A DNA stretch of 64,000 bases, taken from assembly GCA_964234715.1 (NCBI GenBank), contig OZ174287.1; one strand, 5' to 3'. Numbering within the stretch: the stretch's first letter is position 1; each line of letters starts with the position of its first letter. Of the stretch, positions 50,847-64,000 are shown in pieces. A model generated the notes under the pieces. That model did no database searches. It had not been told where the DNA came from and saw only the letters and a program-made list of their open reading frames with translations. The translations under genes were made by a program, and so were the position numbers. This DNA comes from Podarcis melisellensis. Taxonomy: Eukaryota.

Positions 50847-51032
50847 GGGCCATAGCTCAGTGGCTCTGCATCTGCTTTGCATGCAGAAAGGCCTAAATTA
50901 AATCCTTGACATCCCTTGTGATCCAGATCTGGTAGCAGGTGAGGGAAGACCTTGAAAGGGACACTGCCAGCCTGAATAGATTATAATTGGCTAGACTGAT
51001 GAATAGTCGAACCTGACAGGCGGCTCCTGTGT
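50847..51032 (+). mobile_element. Squam3-like SINE
   Basis: ggggccatagctcagtgg...gcatctgctttgcatgcagaa head. Confidence 0.65.
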
Positions 51033-54000
51033 TACTGAAAGACATTCTGACTTTAAAGTGAAGTGAGGAAAGACTGCATTACTTTAAAGGAAAGCTCTGT
51101 TCCAAAACACACAAACATTTCCAACATTAATGGGACTGAAATGGGTTTTGAACCAGTTTAAATGCCATGGCTCATAACATCATGTAGTATTTATGAGAGT
51201 TTTCTTCAGTACCAGTTGAGCTGAGAGCCTGCAGGGGCACCGAGAAAAGCTTGAACACGACTCAGCTTGGAGCTGGGGTTTAGCAGTTTGGAGCTGGGGT
51301 TTAATATGGATTAGGAGCTTTCAAGCAGCTGCTATCAGATTTCGAGGAGCTGTCTGAGCTCAACAGAGCACCTAAGTAGCAAAGCAGGTCTACTGAAGGT
51401 TCAGTCCCTTAGCTAAGTACCAAAAGGGATTTAAAAGGTCAGAGCCATGCTTTCTTGAAGGCTCCTACTCTGGCCTGTCAGGCAAAGAAGCATCAGACAA
51501 AAAAGAGAGAGGGTGTATCTGGTGTGCCAAATCTTGCTCACTCCACACAGGTTACAAAACAGATGTCTTCACATCTCCATGTCTGGGCCATTAATGCAGG
51601 CCCATAATTGAGTCCAGAGATGGGGAGCCTGTGGCCGTCCACTAAAGTTGGAGTAGGATTCCCATCACCCCCACCCAGCATGGTCAGAAGTCATGGTTGA
51701 TGGGAGCTGTAGTAAAACAACATCTGGTCGGCCACTGATTCTCTACTCCTGGTCCTAGTTTAGGGAAAGGAAGGAAAGTGGGGAGACAGGAGGCTGAGAT
51801 GTTCGCAGTTAATTCACTGTGCTTGAACATAGTACACCTAGATGCGGAATCTGATTTCCTGTTTCCACAGACACCTGAAGACTAAGCTTTAGCAGAGTCA
51901 GGTGGTCTCTCTTGAACTGGACCCTTAGGTCCACCTTGAAGCTGCCCAATTGCTTACCCACATCTGCAGATGCTCCATTTGCCGCAGAATTATTCCCTGA
52001 GGTGAGGAGTAGGCCATGGCAGGTATTCAGAGCTTTCTTACTGAACCATGGTTGAGTTTTCCTGGAGGGCGAGGGGCAAAGCCCGTGGAAGCCAAGGCTG
52101 TTTCAAGCCAGTCTCCTTTTGCAGCCAAGTCAGGCCAAGTTTGAAGCCCTTGTTGTTTACTAAGCAAGGCTGTGTTGACGCTGCAAATTTTGCAGTTAAT
52201 TCCTTTCTTTCGCAAACAATTTCATCTGAGCAGAGAGGCTGCTGGTGGGGGGATGAGCATGAAAATTGATTTCTCTGCCTGAGCTGTAAGCCCATCAGCA
52301 AAGGCATCCGGCAGGCAGGTGAGGGAAGTTCAGGATCAACAGGCGGGCAGCTGCCCATCAAAATGTTGATGGGGTTGGCTTGTCCTAAAAACACGATGAA
52401 GTAACTGTATGCCTTGGCACTTAAAGAAACCCAGCTTGCAGGAGGTAAGTAGATGGAAGATTCAGACAGCCTAAAAATTCCACAGACATCCAGCCTTCAG
52501 CCTCACCCTGAAGCTCATTTGCAATCCCCCAAATGTGAGCAAAGCAACCTTAAAGGGGCTCCATTCTCAGAGGTTTGAACCCTATTAGGGATGCTTGAAG
52601 AATGCTGCAGGCCCAAACTCCAAAGCAGACTTGCCTGAAAATAGAGCTGCAACCGCTACTGGGAGTGATAGGACTGATAGAGGCTGGTGAGGCAGAAGGC
52701 ATGGAGACCAAACAGTAGGTGGTGCCAGAGTCAATGACAGGCAGAGACAACTAATCCTGGTTTTGTCCACATCTTCCTCCCTGATGAGCTGTGCATGGGT
52801 GACACAGAGACAAAGGCAGAGAAGGAAGCTGACAGTGTCACCCTCCCTGAACTGGTTATTAATAAGAAGGCAGGCAGGTTGAGAGCAGACTGAGGTTGGT
52901 AGGGCAGAGTCCCATTTTATAGACCAGCATCTATTGGATGGAACATGTTTTCTCTACCTTCCAAATGGCAAGGGCTGATGGGAGCTGCAGGCCAAGAAAA
53001 TTTGGAGGAGCAGAGGTTTGCCACTCCTGTCCTTGGAATATCCTGCACAATCACAAACAGAGTCTCCCTCTCTTTATTTGCAAGGGTTTGTAGGGTCTTT
53101 ATTGTCCTGCGTAAATGTGGGTGACAGGGTGATGAGCTGGGAGCACGGTTTTCAAAACAAAATGCAAAAATGACCCTTATACTCATGAGAGGCTCACTGT
53201 TTTCCTGAAAATTGGAGGCAGGACTTTCTTGTGGAAGTGCTGGGTGGAAAGGGGTCTGAACCTGCCAGACCAGCTGATTGGGAGGGACTGAGAATTTCTC
53301 CCCTTCCTGAGCTTGCAAGGCAGGTGTAACCTTTCTAGGGCAGTGCCCTGGCACCACATCAAGTTGAAGAATTTGTTCAGTATCTTATCAGCTCCAGTGT
53401 TGCTTCATACACACTGTGTACGATGTGGGTGTGGATGGGGCATATGAGTGTCCATCTTTGGTCACAATGTAGTAACTCTTTCTTTGTTATATAAAAGCAC
53501 TGATTCATACTGAATAAAAATTATACATACATTAAAAAAACTTTTAAAAAGATGAGCAGGGTTCAGGTGTGCCTTTGCTTCCACATGCAGGTGCAGAGAA
53601 GCCTTGTATGTTCAAGAGAGGTCAGTGATTCATTCAGTTTTTCTCTCTGATGTAACCAATTAGTGGTCTCATTACCCAGGGCATCACAATGCACCCTCTG
53701 TGCTCCCAGTCTCAGCCGAGTGCTGAATTCACCACCACAACACCAGCGAATAAAACAGAAAGGTATTCCCAGTCCAAGCGCAGTTGTGTAGAAAATGTTT
53801 TACACCTCAACTGAAGCGGCTGCATTTTTGATCAATTAGTTACACATCCGAGAACGATGCTGCTTTCTTTGGCACCAAGGTGCTTGAGGCTCATTAAAAT
53901 GGCACCTGCTTTGACAGGAACTCCCAGCTTAGTGAAAGGGGGGCGCACAAAGACTGCCGTCTCTCCCCGCCCCTCGCTCTTTAAAACTCTTCCCCACAGC

Positions 54001-54186
54001 CCCTCTTCTCTGAAGCAGGAGACTGTGAGAAACATGCATGCACAGAAAACACTGCAGTCACCTGATCGCCTCCATGAGGACTCTCAGACAAATATTAAAC
54101 ATGTCATGGGACCTTAAGAGACTCATTCATGTATCACACCTTCCACTGACAACAGCCTACTTCATTGGATGCATCAGAGATGGAGA

Positions 54187-54189
<3 letters not shown>

Positions 54190-54220
<31 letters not shown>
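54190..54220. repeat. (CA)n microsatellite
   Basis: Direct reading. Confidence 0.95.
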
Positions 54221-54224
<4 letters not shown>

Positions 54225-54567
54225 CTAGAGACTCATCAAAGATCACTCATAAGCCTACAGCGTTCACTTTTATCTATGACTTGGGGATAAGGAGATTAAA
54301 GGGAAAGGAACGGGACATACTCTTTACACATGTTTTGCAACCTGCTCCAAATTTCTAGGGATGAAAAGGAAAAGATTTAATACTGGTGCCATATATCTCA
54401 TTCATTATCATGATTTTTTATTTTCAGAGTGCAAAATAAATCCTTTGTCAAGCAGCCTAACCATACGGTGTACAGTTAAAAACTAAATTCTCCCATTTTA
54501 CCAACAGGGACATGAGGCTGAAAGGGGGCTAGGGTTGGGCTGTGGGTTAAAGTTAGTCCATGTAGTT

Positions 54568-54705
54568 CAGGCATAGGCAAACTCCGGCTCTCCAGAAGTT
54601 TTGAGACTACAATTCCCATCATCCCTGACCACTGGTCCTGTTAGCTAGGGGTAATGGGAATTGTAGTTCCAAAACATCTGGAGGGCCAGAGTTTGCCTGT
54701 GCCTG
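54568..54705. mobile_element. 138-bp palindromic hAT MITE; best copy of the most abundant family in the window
   Basis: TIRs caggcataggcaaactc / gagtttgcctgtgcctg; perfect 8-bp TSD atgtagtt. Diverged relatives near 7137, 11180, 18345, 23290, 26540, 27388, 47840, 50730, 51617, 55898, 58032, 58546, 59216 and 60995. Confidence 0.92.
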
Positions 54706-54943
54706 ATGTAGTTGATGGTGATGGTGAATTTTAACCCAGATCTAAGCCCATTTTCTGGACCACCAGGATCAAAGTACCTTGTTGTGTACAGTGCACAGAG
54801 TAAGGAAGAGAGCCAAAAGAGGTACCAGAGCAGTGAAAACAAATGCATACAAATGCAATCAACCGCACATTATATACCAGCAGAGAACTTCAGCCCTTCT
54901 TGGTACACAAGGGCCCATTGCAAGGGTACCATGGCCTGTATAG

Positions 54944-55127
54944 CTATAAGAATATAAGAGCCTGCTGGATCATGCAAATGGTCCGTATAGTCCATCATTC
55001 TGTTCTCACAGTGGCCAACCAGAAGCCTGTGGGAAACCAGCAAGCAGGATTTGAGTGAAAGAGCCCTCTCCCCTCTTGTGGCGTCCATAAATTTGCATTG
55101 CTGCCTCTGACTGTGGAGGCACAGCAC
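54944..55127 (-). mobile_element. CR1 3' end
   Basis: cataag-like tail (ataagaatataagagcctgctggatc); reverse complement of the 4399-4686 family. Confidence 0.75.
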
Positions 55128-57898
55128 AGAAGAGGGACAAAATGGATATTTCCTGAAAAGTCAGGTTGCACTTTGTGGGGATAGTTGATTGAAATCTGCA
55201 CGGCGCTGCTCTCTCAAGTCCAAACCAGTTGCAAGCCCAGTTTGGAGATCCAGCAATTGAAAACTTTCCTGTGGCACAGTTCCCTGCACACAGAAAACTA
55301 GCACTGTCAGGGAGAAGACTGGGATGGAAAAGAATGCCTGAGGCAGCAAATTTTTGAATCCTCCACCATTAGCTGCACTCTGAAGCTGTACAGTCCCAGG
55401 ATGCCTGTGACACATTACTCCTTTGAAACATGAAGAGGAGATATAAGCATACAGGGAATTGCTTTCACTCTTCATTTTGAAAATTTATCTTCCCTTTAGC
55501 TTTATTATTATATTTGTTCCCTTGCTTGCTTGCTATAAACAAGATATATAATATCAATCGATCTTGATCTCCCAGTGAGGGCAGCTGCGGCTGCTGAATT
55601 GTGCAGCCTGGGATATGGGGAGCCGATTGCTGGGCCCTGGAGAGTTTGTATATTTGCTTGAGGCGGGGGAACTGCAAATGAAATAAAAAACTTAAAAAGA
55701 ATATCCCATATTTCTACAGAATACTAGAATGCAGGCATGTTAGGAAGAGGCTGGAACTCAGTGGAATGCACATGCATTTGCATGTAGAAGGTCCTGGGTT
55801 CAAATCCATGGACATCTCCAGGTAAAAAGGTTAGGTTGCAGGTGATGCACAAGACCTGTGGCCAATACCATGGATAGCTATGCCAGTCAAAATAGACCAG
55901 AGATGGGAAGCCTGTGGCACTTCAGGTTTTAGACTACATCTACCCCATTCCTGGCTACTGGTGATGCTGGCTGGGGCTGATGCGAGTTGAACAGTATCTG
56001 GGACGGCCACAGGTTCACCATCCACAGAGGAGACAACACAGGGGTACCTCTCCCTGTTCCTATGTCATAAGAGCATATACAGGTAATAGTATATAGAACT
56101 GTGGAACTGGCATGCTCTTGCCGCACATTAGAGCTGACATTTATATGGGGGAATGTGTTTTGTACTGTAACTTCAGCATCTGGAAACACTTCCAAAACTG
56201 GCATTTTTATTTGCAACAAGTTTCATATTTTGCTTTTGAAATTCACTGTTGAGAGAAATACTGTCGGAAGAACTGAGAGCTGGAAGCTGAGACCTACCTT
56301 AGGACTCTGTACACACAGAAGGGAATAGGGAGAGGAAGAGGGAGCTTCCGCACCCATTGCTACTCCCCTAATCAACTCACAATGAGGAGTGGTCCAATGG
56401 GCCCCAGCCTTGGGGCAGGGAATCACCCCTATAGTTATGCTGGACTTCTCTTATATTTGTGTTCGTGTGCTGGACTACCAGGACAACCTAAAGACCTCCA
56501 AAGCCCAGCACATCTCCAAGAACAATCCTGCCCTGCTCTCCTGCTGCAACTCAAGGGGGTGTGATGGGCCCTTTTTCTACTGTTGGGCTGGAGAGTCACT
56601 CAAATGATTTTGACTGCTCAACATAATTACAGACACACTTTCGATGCTTGGAGCTGGAGGGAAAGGCAAGAGAGATTTTCTTAGATGAGAGGTCAAGGCC
56701 AAGAGGCCAGCTTCTAAGGCCAGCCATTATTTGTGGGATAGGCCCACCCATCCCATGATTTGCAGGCTTTTTTATTAGCTCCTGTTGCGGCCACACATGA
56801 TGTTCGCCACTGCTTTCCTAAAATTTAGGGTAAATCTTAAGTCTTTTTTTAAAGCCACTGCGTAATAGCCAAGTATCATATTTGCCAACTCGTTTATTGT
56901 AACCTGTCTCTCTTCCTAAATGTACCATCACCCACAAACCAGGAAATGTTGTATTTGGGAAGGAGGGAAAATCCCAATAAAAAGAAGGGGGTTAGAATCA
57001 AACTGTTTGCAAGCAAATTCTTATCAGTAGATTTTCCACAAGAATCTTGCCCCCTCATTCATCTCTCGTCTCTTATCAAGTGTCCTCCAACAGTTTTCTC
57101 CTTGAAGCACTTGCTAAGAGTGAGTTGTCATCCCACATATACATTGTCCGCCTGAAGCTGCCAGAGAGCTGCCTTGCTTCTGCTGATTGGAAGAGGCAAA
57201 ACTGACAAGCTGGTTGGTTTCAGGCTCCAAGGTTGTTTTAATCTGGCTCAGTAATAACTTGGACCTGACCACTTTGTCAGTTTTGCTCTACAGCTCAGCC
57301 TTCTGCTGGGAGCTCTGCCTCCCTCCAACTTGCGTTCTGGCAGCTTAGCCTCGCTGGCTCCCATGGGGCCTAGTGGGCATGGGCTTACATGGGGCTCCCC
57401 ATGCTGCACATACCCACCCACACACCCCTCCATTGCGCAATGCACGATGGAGTGCATATGAGATGCCTGTTGAATGGCTGGAAGCCACACACTCAGCAAA
57501 GCTTGAGCATATGATGTGGTTCTTGGATCCAGCGCAGTGTGTTGACTGCTTGAACAGAGACTAACTGGATCTACTCTAATGTCTGACCCCTCTCCACCCC
57601 TTTTCAGTGTGTGCACAGACCAGCAATAACCCAGAACATTAAAAGAAGATAACTACCTAACTACCTTCAAAATATTGCAAAACTATTTTTTCTAGTAATA
57701 ATAATCGAACGAGCAATGTTCAACAGAATCAATAAAACAACAACTGACGTAATGGAGCCTGGAATGAAGTAGGAGAACTAGAGAAGGAGGTAAACAGACG
57801 ATGGAGAGGATGGAATAAACAAGGAACAGATGGCCCCTTTCCTGCCTGGATCCAAGAAGCACAACACATTCTTAACCTTTGTTATGTATTATAGGAAA

Positions 57899-58218
57899 GG
57901 CCCACACTTCAGTGGTACAGCACATGGTTTGAAAGCAGAAGATCCCCAGTTCAAATCCAGGACATTTCCATATAGGGTTAGGGAAGATTCTTGCCTGAAA
58001 ATGTGGAGAATTGATGCCAGTCAGCACTGACCAGGGATGGGGAACCTGAGGCACTGTTGATGCTGTGGGACTACAATCCCATCATCCTTGACCGCTGGCC
58101 ATGTTGGCTGGAGCTGATGGCAGTTGGAGTCCAACAACATCTAAAGGAAAACAGGTTCCCCATTTCTGACATAGACAATCCTAAGATAGATGGACTAATG
58201 GTCTGACTTCTTCCATTT
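57899..58218 (+). mobile_element. Squam3-like SINE split by a palindromic hAT MITE (58032-58168)
   Basis: SINE body ...tgccagtcagcactgac [MITE] acatagacaatcctaagatagatggactaatggtctgact continues across the insert. Confidence 0.7.
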
Positions 58219-58820
58219 CTAAGGTTCCTTCACAGTCTTTTCAGCCCTGGGCTTGTGAGTGGAGATCTTGAATCCTAAAGGATGAGGAGCAAGATCATCT
58301 ACTAGCTCCACAAGTCAGATGCTGAGCAGCTGCATTATTTAAATTATCTCTCCCAGACGCCAAGAGCCAAGTCTCCCAGGCCTCAGTTCAAAGCAACAAA
58401 AAGTCGCCAAAGCCCAGAAGAACTGAAATGGGGAAACTGCCTTGAAAGGAAACCCTAGTGAGATGTCAGGAACCACAGGGACTACATTTCCCATGATTCT
58501 AAGCACCCAGGATGTGTGACATGGCCACCGCAGAAGCATCTAGGGCAGGGATGGGGAACCTGTGGTCCTTGAGAGGTTGTTGGACTCCAACACCCATCAG
58601 CCCCAGCCAGCACAGCCATTGACCAGGGATGGTGGAAGCTGCAGTCCAGTAGCATCCAGAGGGCCACCAGATCTCTAGCCCTGATTGAAGGCAGAAGTTT
58701 TCAACCTTTCCAGCTTTTAGCCCAACCATATGTTTGAGGAACCCACTTCTTAAATGTTCAACCATATATTTGTGTGGAGGTAGTACTGCTACTGTGACCT
58801 ATCCTAGATTAGACTGTGAT

Positions 58821-59164
58821 AAAGGGTAAAGAGACCCCCGACCATTCGGTCCAGTCGCAGATGACTGGGGTTGCGGTGCTCATCTCGCTTTACTGGCCGA
58901 GCGAGCCGACGTACAGCTTCCGGGTCATGTGGCCAGCATGACTAAGCCGATTCTGGTGAACCAAAGCAGCGCAAGGAAACGCCGTTTACCTTCCCACCGG
59001 AGCGGTACCTATTTATCTACTTGCACTACGTACTTTCGAACCGCTAGATTGGCAGGAGCAGGGACCGAGCAATGGGAACTCACCCCGTCACAGGTATTCG
59101 AACCGCTGACCTTCTGATTGGCAAGCCCTAGGCTCTGTGGTTTAACCCACAGCGCCTGTGTCCC
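58821..59164 (-). mobile_element. Sauria SINE, full length
   Basis: Reverse complement of the 49515 family; decayed flanks agactgtgat / agatgtgat. Confidence 0.92.
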
Positions 59165-60033
59165 AGATGTGATGTGATGAAGTATGTCCTGACTAATGTT
59201 GGACCAATGATCTAGGCCAGAGTTCCCAAGTTGGTGCCCTCCTAACTCCATTAGACTACAATTCCCATTGCCCCAGCCAGCCTAGAAAATGGTCAGGGAT
59301 GGTGAGAGTTAGAATGCAAACATTTTGAAGGTGCTAGGTTGGGGAAGGCTGATCTAATGGAGGCTCTGGTCATGAGCCCCCTGCTGCTGCTGCCAGGAAG
59401 TACCGGTACGTTTGGGTGGGAAAGGAAAGAGGGCAAATGTCTGGAAAGCTCAAGGCAGGGTCAGCCTATTACAAATCAGGCTTGAACCCTGAAGGACCAT
59501 TTGCTGATATCCTTTAAAGTGCCATGCATTTTCCTGGAGCTAAATAAACAATGTTGAGCCTCTTTGTTTTCATTTGTCAAAGCCTCTCATGCATTTTTAA
59601 TTAATTACAGATTTACTGCAGTGCTTCTGGATGTACTGCATATATAAGCCGCCAGGATTTCTTCTGTAAAAGGGTTGGGATGATATGAAACTTTTACAAA
59701 TAAAATGAATTAAAACCGAGGTGCGCAACACTGGAGCAAGCGCAGGCAACCTTGGGTTGGGGGAACTCTGTAGAAAAGGACTGGAGTGCAGCACATAGCA
59801 GCTTCCACCAACATTTGGCCCGAACGCAATCCTTTGCTTCCTGCCCGGGCTGATTGTATATCCCAGATCAGGGCTAGCAGTTCCCCTCCTGCTTCCCACC
59901 TCACCCATCAATCAAAGCAGAAGTCGATAAAAGGGGAGGAAGAGGAGCGGTGGGAGGATGAGGCTTGGCAACCACAGGCCACAAAAGCCAGGTCAGTGGC
60001 CACAGACTGCTAGAGTCTGCATTCTGTGTAGGG

Positions 60034-60197
60034 ACACAGGAAGCAGTCTTATACAGAGTCAGACCATTAGGCCATCTAGCTCAGCATCCTTGACACTGAG
60101 CGGCAGAGGCTCTCCAGGGGACACTCCCAGCCCTACCAAAACTGAACCTGGGAGCTTCTGCAAGTGAGGCAGATGCTCTGCCACTGAGCTATGGGCC
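60034..60197 (-). mobile_element. Squam3-like SINE
   Basis: gagtcagaccattaggccatctagctcagcat...ctctccaggg...gcagatgctctgccactgagctatggg. Confidence 0.75.
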
Positions 60198-60695
60198 TTC
60201 TGCTGCCATGCCAAGGAGAGGGGCAGCTATGGACGGGCCACTGCAAATCACAGCAACAGCAGCTGCACCACCTCTTGCCACCTGCCCTGGCCTGCCCCTT
60301 ACTAGGAAGGTGCAGCTGGCAACGTCCCTAATGCAGGCTCCCCTCTCTCCACCAGGCGCAGGGAGGAGGGTGGCTTGGCAGAGGCCCCTCGTTGGCAGAG
60401 ATGCTACGAGTCGCTGCCCACCCTGCCAGATCCAGCTATTTGGAGGCAGCCTCTGTGCCAGGGCTCTGATGAGCAAAGCAAGCATTGACAATGGAATCAC
60501 TGAGCAGCCAGGGATTAATAGGCAGGCTGCCACATCGGAGGGAAGGGCTTCAAACTGAGTCCCAGGTTTTGTGGGCATTCAAGCATGTCGGATACAACTA
60601 ATGGGTAGAGGTGGCGGTCATGGCTTGAGAAAGGTCTGGCCCTGGGGTGTCTCCTGGCTGACATACAGCAGAATCTTAGGTACACTCTCAGTCTG

Positions 60696-60697
<2 letters not shown>

Positions 60698-60763
<66 letters not shown>

Positions 60764-60784
60764 TGCGTGTCTCTCTGTGTGTGT
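60698..60784. repeat. Compound (CT)n(GT)n microsatellite
   Basis: Direct reading. Confidence 0.95.
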
Positions 60785-63524
60785 CATTCTCAGCCTATCA
60801 TTAGAACCACCTTTTTATTTTGTGTAGAAGATGCTTACACTGCCCTTCATCAAAACATCTTGATTTTTAAAAGACTTTTGTGCACAGTCCAATATTAATA
60901 ACAAACAAAGAATGTTTGCATAGCAAGCAGAGTATTTTGACAATATATTCAGAACCTAAGCTTCTTTCCTTAGCTGTTTGCCCATTTCTCTATAGCAGGC
61001 TTCTCCCACCAGCACAGCTATGCTTAGATGCCCTCTAAATGCTTTGGACTGCGATTCCCATCATCCCTTACCATTTACCAGGGTGGATGGGGCTGATGGG
61101 AATTGGTGTCCAAAACTTCTAAAGGGCACCATGTTGGGGGCAATCCAGTCCCAGTTCTTCAATGTAATGTGGGTCAATGGGCAAATTTCCCTTGGCTTGC
61201 CACCCACTTTTGCAATATTTCATTGCAAGAGCTCACCCCCAACCACCCTCCACCAAACTACCTTTAAGCCTTTTCAGGCATTTGCAACAGAAAAAGGAAC
61301 AACTGCAAAAGTTAGTGAATTGGATGATTTCCAAATATGCCATTTATCTCTGTCCCATGAACCCTTCAACACACATTCCCCACCCCCCACCCTCCTTCTC
61401 TCACACTTAACTAGAGACAACTGTTACAGCAAATGCACCCTCTGCCTTGCAACACATTTCACCAAACATGAGCGTTTTTGCACATACTCTCCCTCATAAA
61501 ATATGCACTTTTGTGTTCTTGGTCTAAAACAAAAACCTGAAACTGCCTTGCAAAATTTGGAGAATGTGGGCTCTAACTGAAAACCAAGTTCTGGTCTGCA
61601 GAAAAATCCAGGAGTGGTGAATTAGATTGGTTTGCTTTAAAATGTGGTCCAAACAAATCTCTCCGTCATCCGTACTTCTGTCCTATGTGGGTCTCTGTAT
61701 TCGCCAGCTTCAGGTGGCACTTCCCCATTCCAGAATTCAATCTCTGCCTTGTAAATGTTTCATAGTGCTTGAAAAACACACATCCTGGCTCATGGCACTT
61801 GGGAACTAAAAAGCTCCGGTGGCAGCAACACGAGACTACACTAAAAATATCTGTAAAAGCAGACTTGGTTCCCCCACCCACCCCAATTCACTCCCACAGT
61901 CTGACTTCGTGTTACAACTCAATCCACAGTTAAAATACAGCCATACATTTTGACTGTGAAGATTGAATGCAACCCTTTGAAGGAAACCTCTCATTCCTCC
62001 CCCTTAGTTCAGGGAAATTCTTACAACTCAGGGTATTTGCGTTAGTGCCCTTCCTTGTGAGAGCCTGCACCGGGGCTCCGGGAAAAACAGAAAATCTGCC
62101 TTTAAAATTATGCAAATCTGACACAACACATGCAAATGCATTCTTTTACATATGCAATGTAAATGAATAGTTTGGGCTATATGTGCAATTAGGAGAAACT
62201 GGGCAAATCCTTGCAGCTTTATTCCCTCTACAATCAGGGATCTGGGCAGGATTTTCCATACCATCAAGAAGCTGACCATGGCAGCCTACTTGTAAGTAGA
62301 CTAAATGAATTATATTGTAGAGGATAGGCTAGGATCAGCCCAGTTTTAGAGCTACAGTCATCTGGGATTATTTTGACCTCCTGACTGCTTTCCTTTTACT
62401 TCTTATTCCTAATAAAGTTTCACAATCTGACTACTGAAGTACAGCATGTGCAATTGCCGGCCTTAGGATTCTAGAATCCCCAAGTGTCCAGACTCCAGAT
62501 GCTTAAAATTCATGTTGAATTTTAGGTTCAAAGTTGTAAGAGACCAGCATGTTTTACCAAACCCTGAAGAGACTTAGAAAGTGGGGGCTGCCTTTACACT
62601 AGAAGGGGGCTGTCTGGAAAACACAGGGTGTGTTGATCTCAAGAGTTCCTGGTCTTTAGATTTTTTTGGAGGAGGGCCTGCTAGGAAAATGAGCAAACTG
62701 CTTTGATATAGGGGTGGGATAAGGCAGCTGCACACCAGCCCTGCTTTCCCCAGCAAGTTATGTGCCGGTTGAGCCAAGGAGTGCATCTCTCCTGGTTCTT
62801 TGGCCACAATTTTGTCTGGGTTTGCCATGTGACTTTTTGGACTGGAGATATCGGAACCAGCCGCCAGTGGTAGACCACTGTGCCTCGCAACACTCAGGAA
62901 CCGCAATGGGAGGTATTCTTTCCCGAGCTTCGGTGGCCATTCAGTGCCCATTAAGTGTAATTTGAGTTATTAGTTCTACAACACACACCCTGAAAACAAA
63001 TTGATCTAGGAACTATAAAACATTTAGAATGATGAAAAGCTCTGAAAGAAGCAGAAGATCGCATTTGCATGAAGTGGCGCACTTTGTATAATGAAGCTAT
63101 TTTCTCTGCTTGTGGTGAATTTGTAGGTATTAATTTTCATTTCTGGCTTATAGTAAATCGGAGTCCCCCAAGCACAAAAGAAACAGAAAATTCACGCAAA
63201 CGCACCTGCAGCTGCCGCTAAGAACCAGAAAAATGATTCAGATGTAGCAGCCATGTGCACCTGCCTCTTTAAGCATGTGCTGGGGCAGGAGGGGCAGGAG
63301 AGATTTTGTGCTGGGACCTTTAAATGTTGGTAGCTTAATCAACAAAAGCTGTAGCTTATTCAGTCAGTAGGAAGAAATGTTGCCTTGCTGGAGCAAAGAC
63401 CTTAGAACACAGGGCACATTTATATAATACATTTAAAGTTCTATGATATCACTTTAAACAGTCTTAGTTTCCCTCAAAGAATTCTTCCGAGTTGTGGTGT
63501 GTTATGGGTGCTGAGAGTTTTAAG

Positions 63525-63883
63525 GTAAAGGTAAAGGTACCCCTGCCCGTACGGGCCAGTCTTGCCAGACTCTGGGGTTGTGCGCCCATCTCACTCAAGA
63601 GGCCAGGGGCCAGCGCTGTCCGAAGACACTTCCGGGTCACGTGGCCAGCGTGACATCGCTGCTCTGGCGAGCCAGAGCTGCACACGGAAACGCCGTTTAC
63701 CTTCCCGCTAGAAAGCGGTCCCTATTTATCTACTTGCACCCGGAGGTGCTTTCGAACTGCTAGGTTGGCAGGCGCTGGGACCGAACAACGGGAGCGCACC
63801 CCGCCAAGGGGATTCGAACCGCCGACCTTTCGATCGGCAAGCCCTAGGCGCTGAGGCTTTAACCCACAGCGCCACCCGCGTCC
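63525..63883 (-). mobile_element. Sauria SINE, young, nested in an older palindromic MITE (about 63410-64000)
   Basis: CpG-rich; perfect 15-bp TSD gctgagagttttaag at 63510-63524 and 63884-63898. Confidence 0.95.
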
Positions 63884-64000
63884 GCTGAGAGTTTTAAGAC
63901 ACCCTTTTAAGACACCCTTATTTCCCTCCTGGAGTGCTTTAACAATCAATTCCTCTTCACAGGGAGCTTTGGGAACTGTAGCTCAGTGAGGGGAATATGG

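Larger units (their letters stand above)
28233..64000 (-). other. ASIC2: Part of the large ASIC2 upstream intron (alternative first exons lie beyond the window)
   Basis: No ASIC N-terminal/TM1 coding sequence recognised in the ORF track for this span; ASIC2 is known to have very long first introns. Confidence 0.75.

Noticed and set aside
28233-64000. ASIC2a/2b first exon or a nested protein-coding gene
   Set aside because: No HG-motif/TM1 ASIC N-terminus or other recognisable protein in the ORF track; short exons under 60 aa cannot be excluded.
1-64000. Prokaryote-style novel system (defence island, operon, viral insert)
   Set aside because: Very low coding density, spliceosomal exons and vertebrate TEs throughout; no gene cluster present.

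Overview
Eukaryotic DNA, almost certainly from a lacertid-type lizard (Sauria SINEs, a BovB fragment, young L2 and L1/Tx1 copies). The whole window lies inside a minus-strand ASIC2 (acid-sensing ion channel 2, DEG/ENaC family) gene. Two coding exons are present: 28232-28082 (151 nt) and 1453-1326 (128 nt). They have canonical AG/GT ends and compatible phase, and are separated by a 26.6 kb intron; 28233-64000 appears to be part of the large upstream intron. The rest is intronic: LINE fragments (L2, CR1, L1/Tx1, BovB, a Penelope-like relic), tRNA-derived SINEs, hAT, Tc1/mariner and Harbinger-like MITEs, a solo LTR, microsatellites, two assembly gaps and several candidate conserved non-coding elements. 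I see no convincing new multi-gene system, and most ORFs in the track are noise or TE remnants. The most interesting items are: a 58-bp-arm hairpin flanked by a diverged direct repeat next to an ASIC2 splice acceptor; an unclassified CpG-rich ~790 bp insertion with stacked hairpins; a rearranged BovB 5' end; a degenerate hammerhead-like motif; and a young L1/Tx1 fragment that has gained an in-frame ATG from its flank. Repeat-family names and human ASIC2 comparisons are from memory, not from searches.
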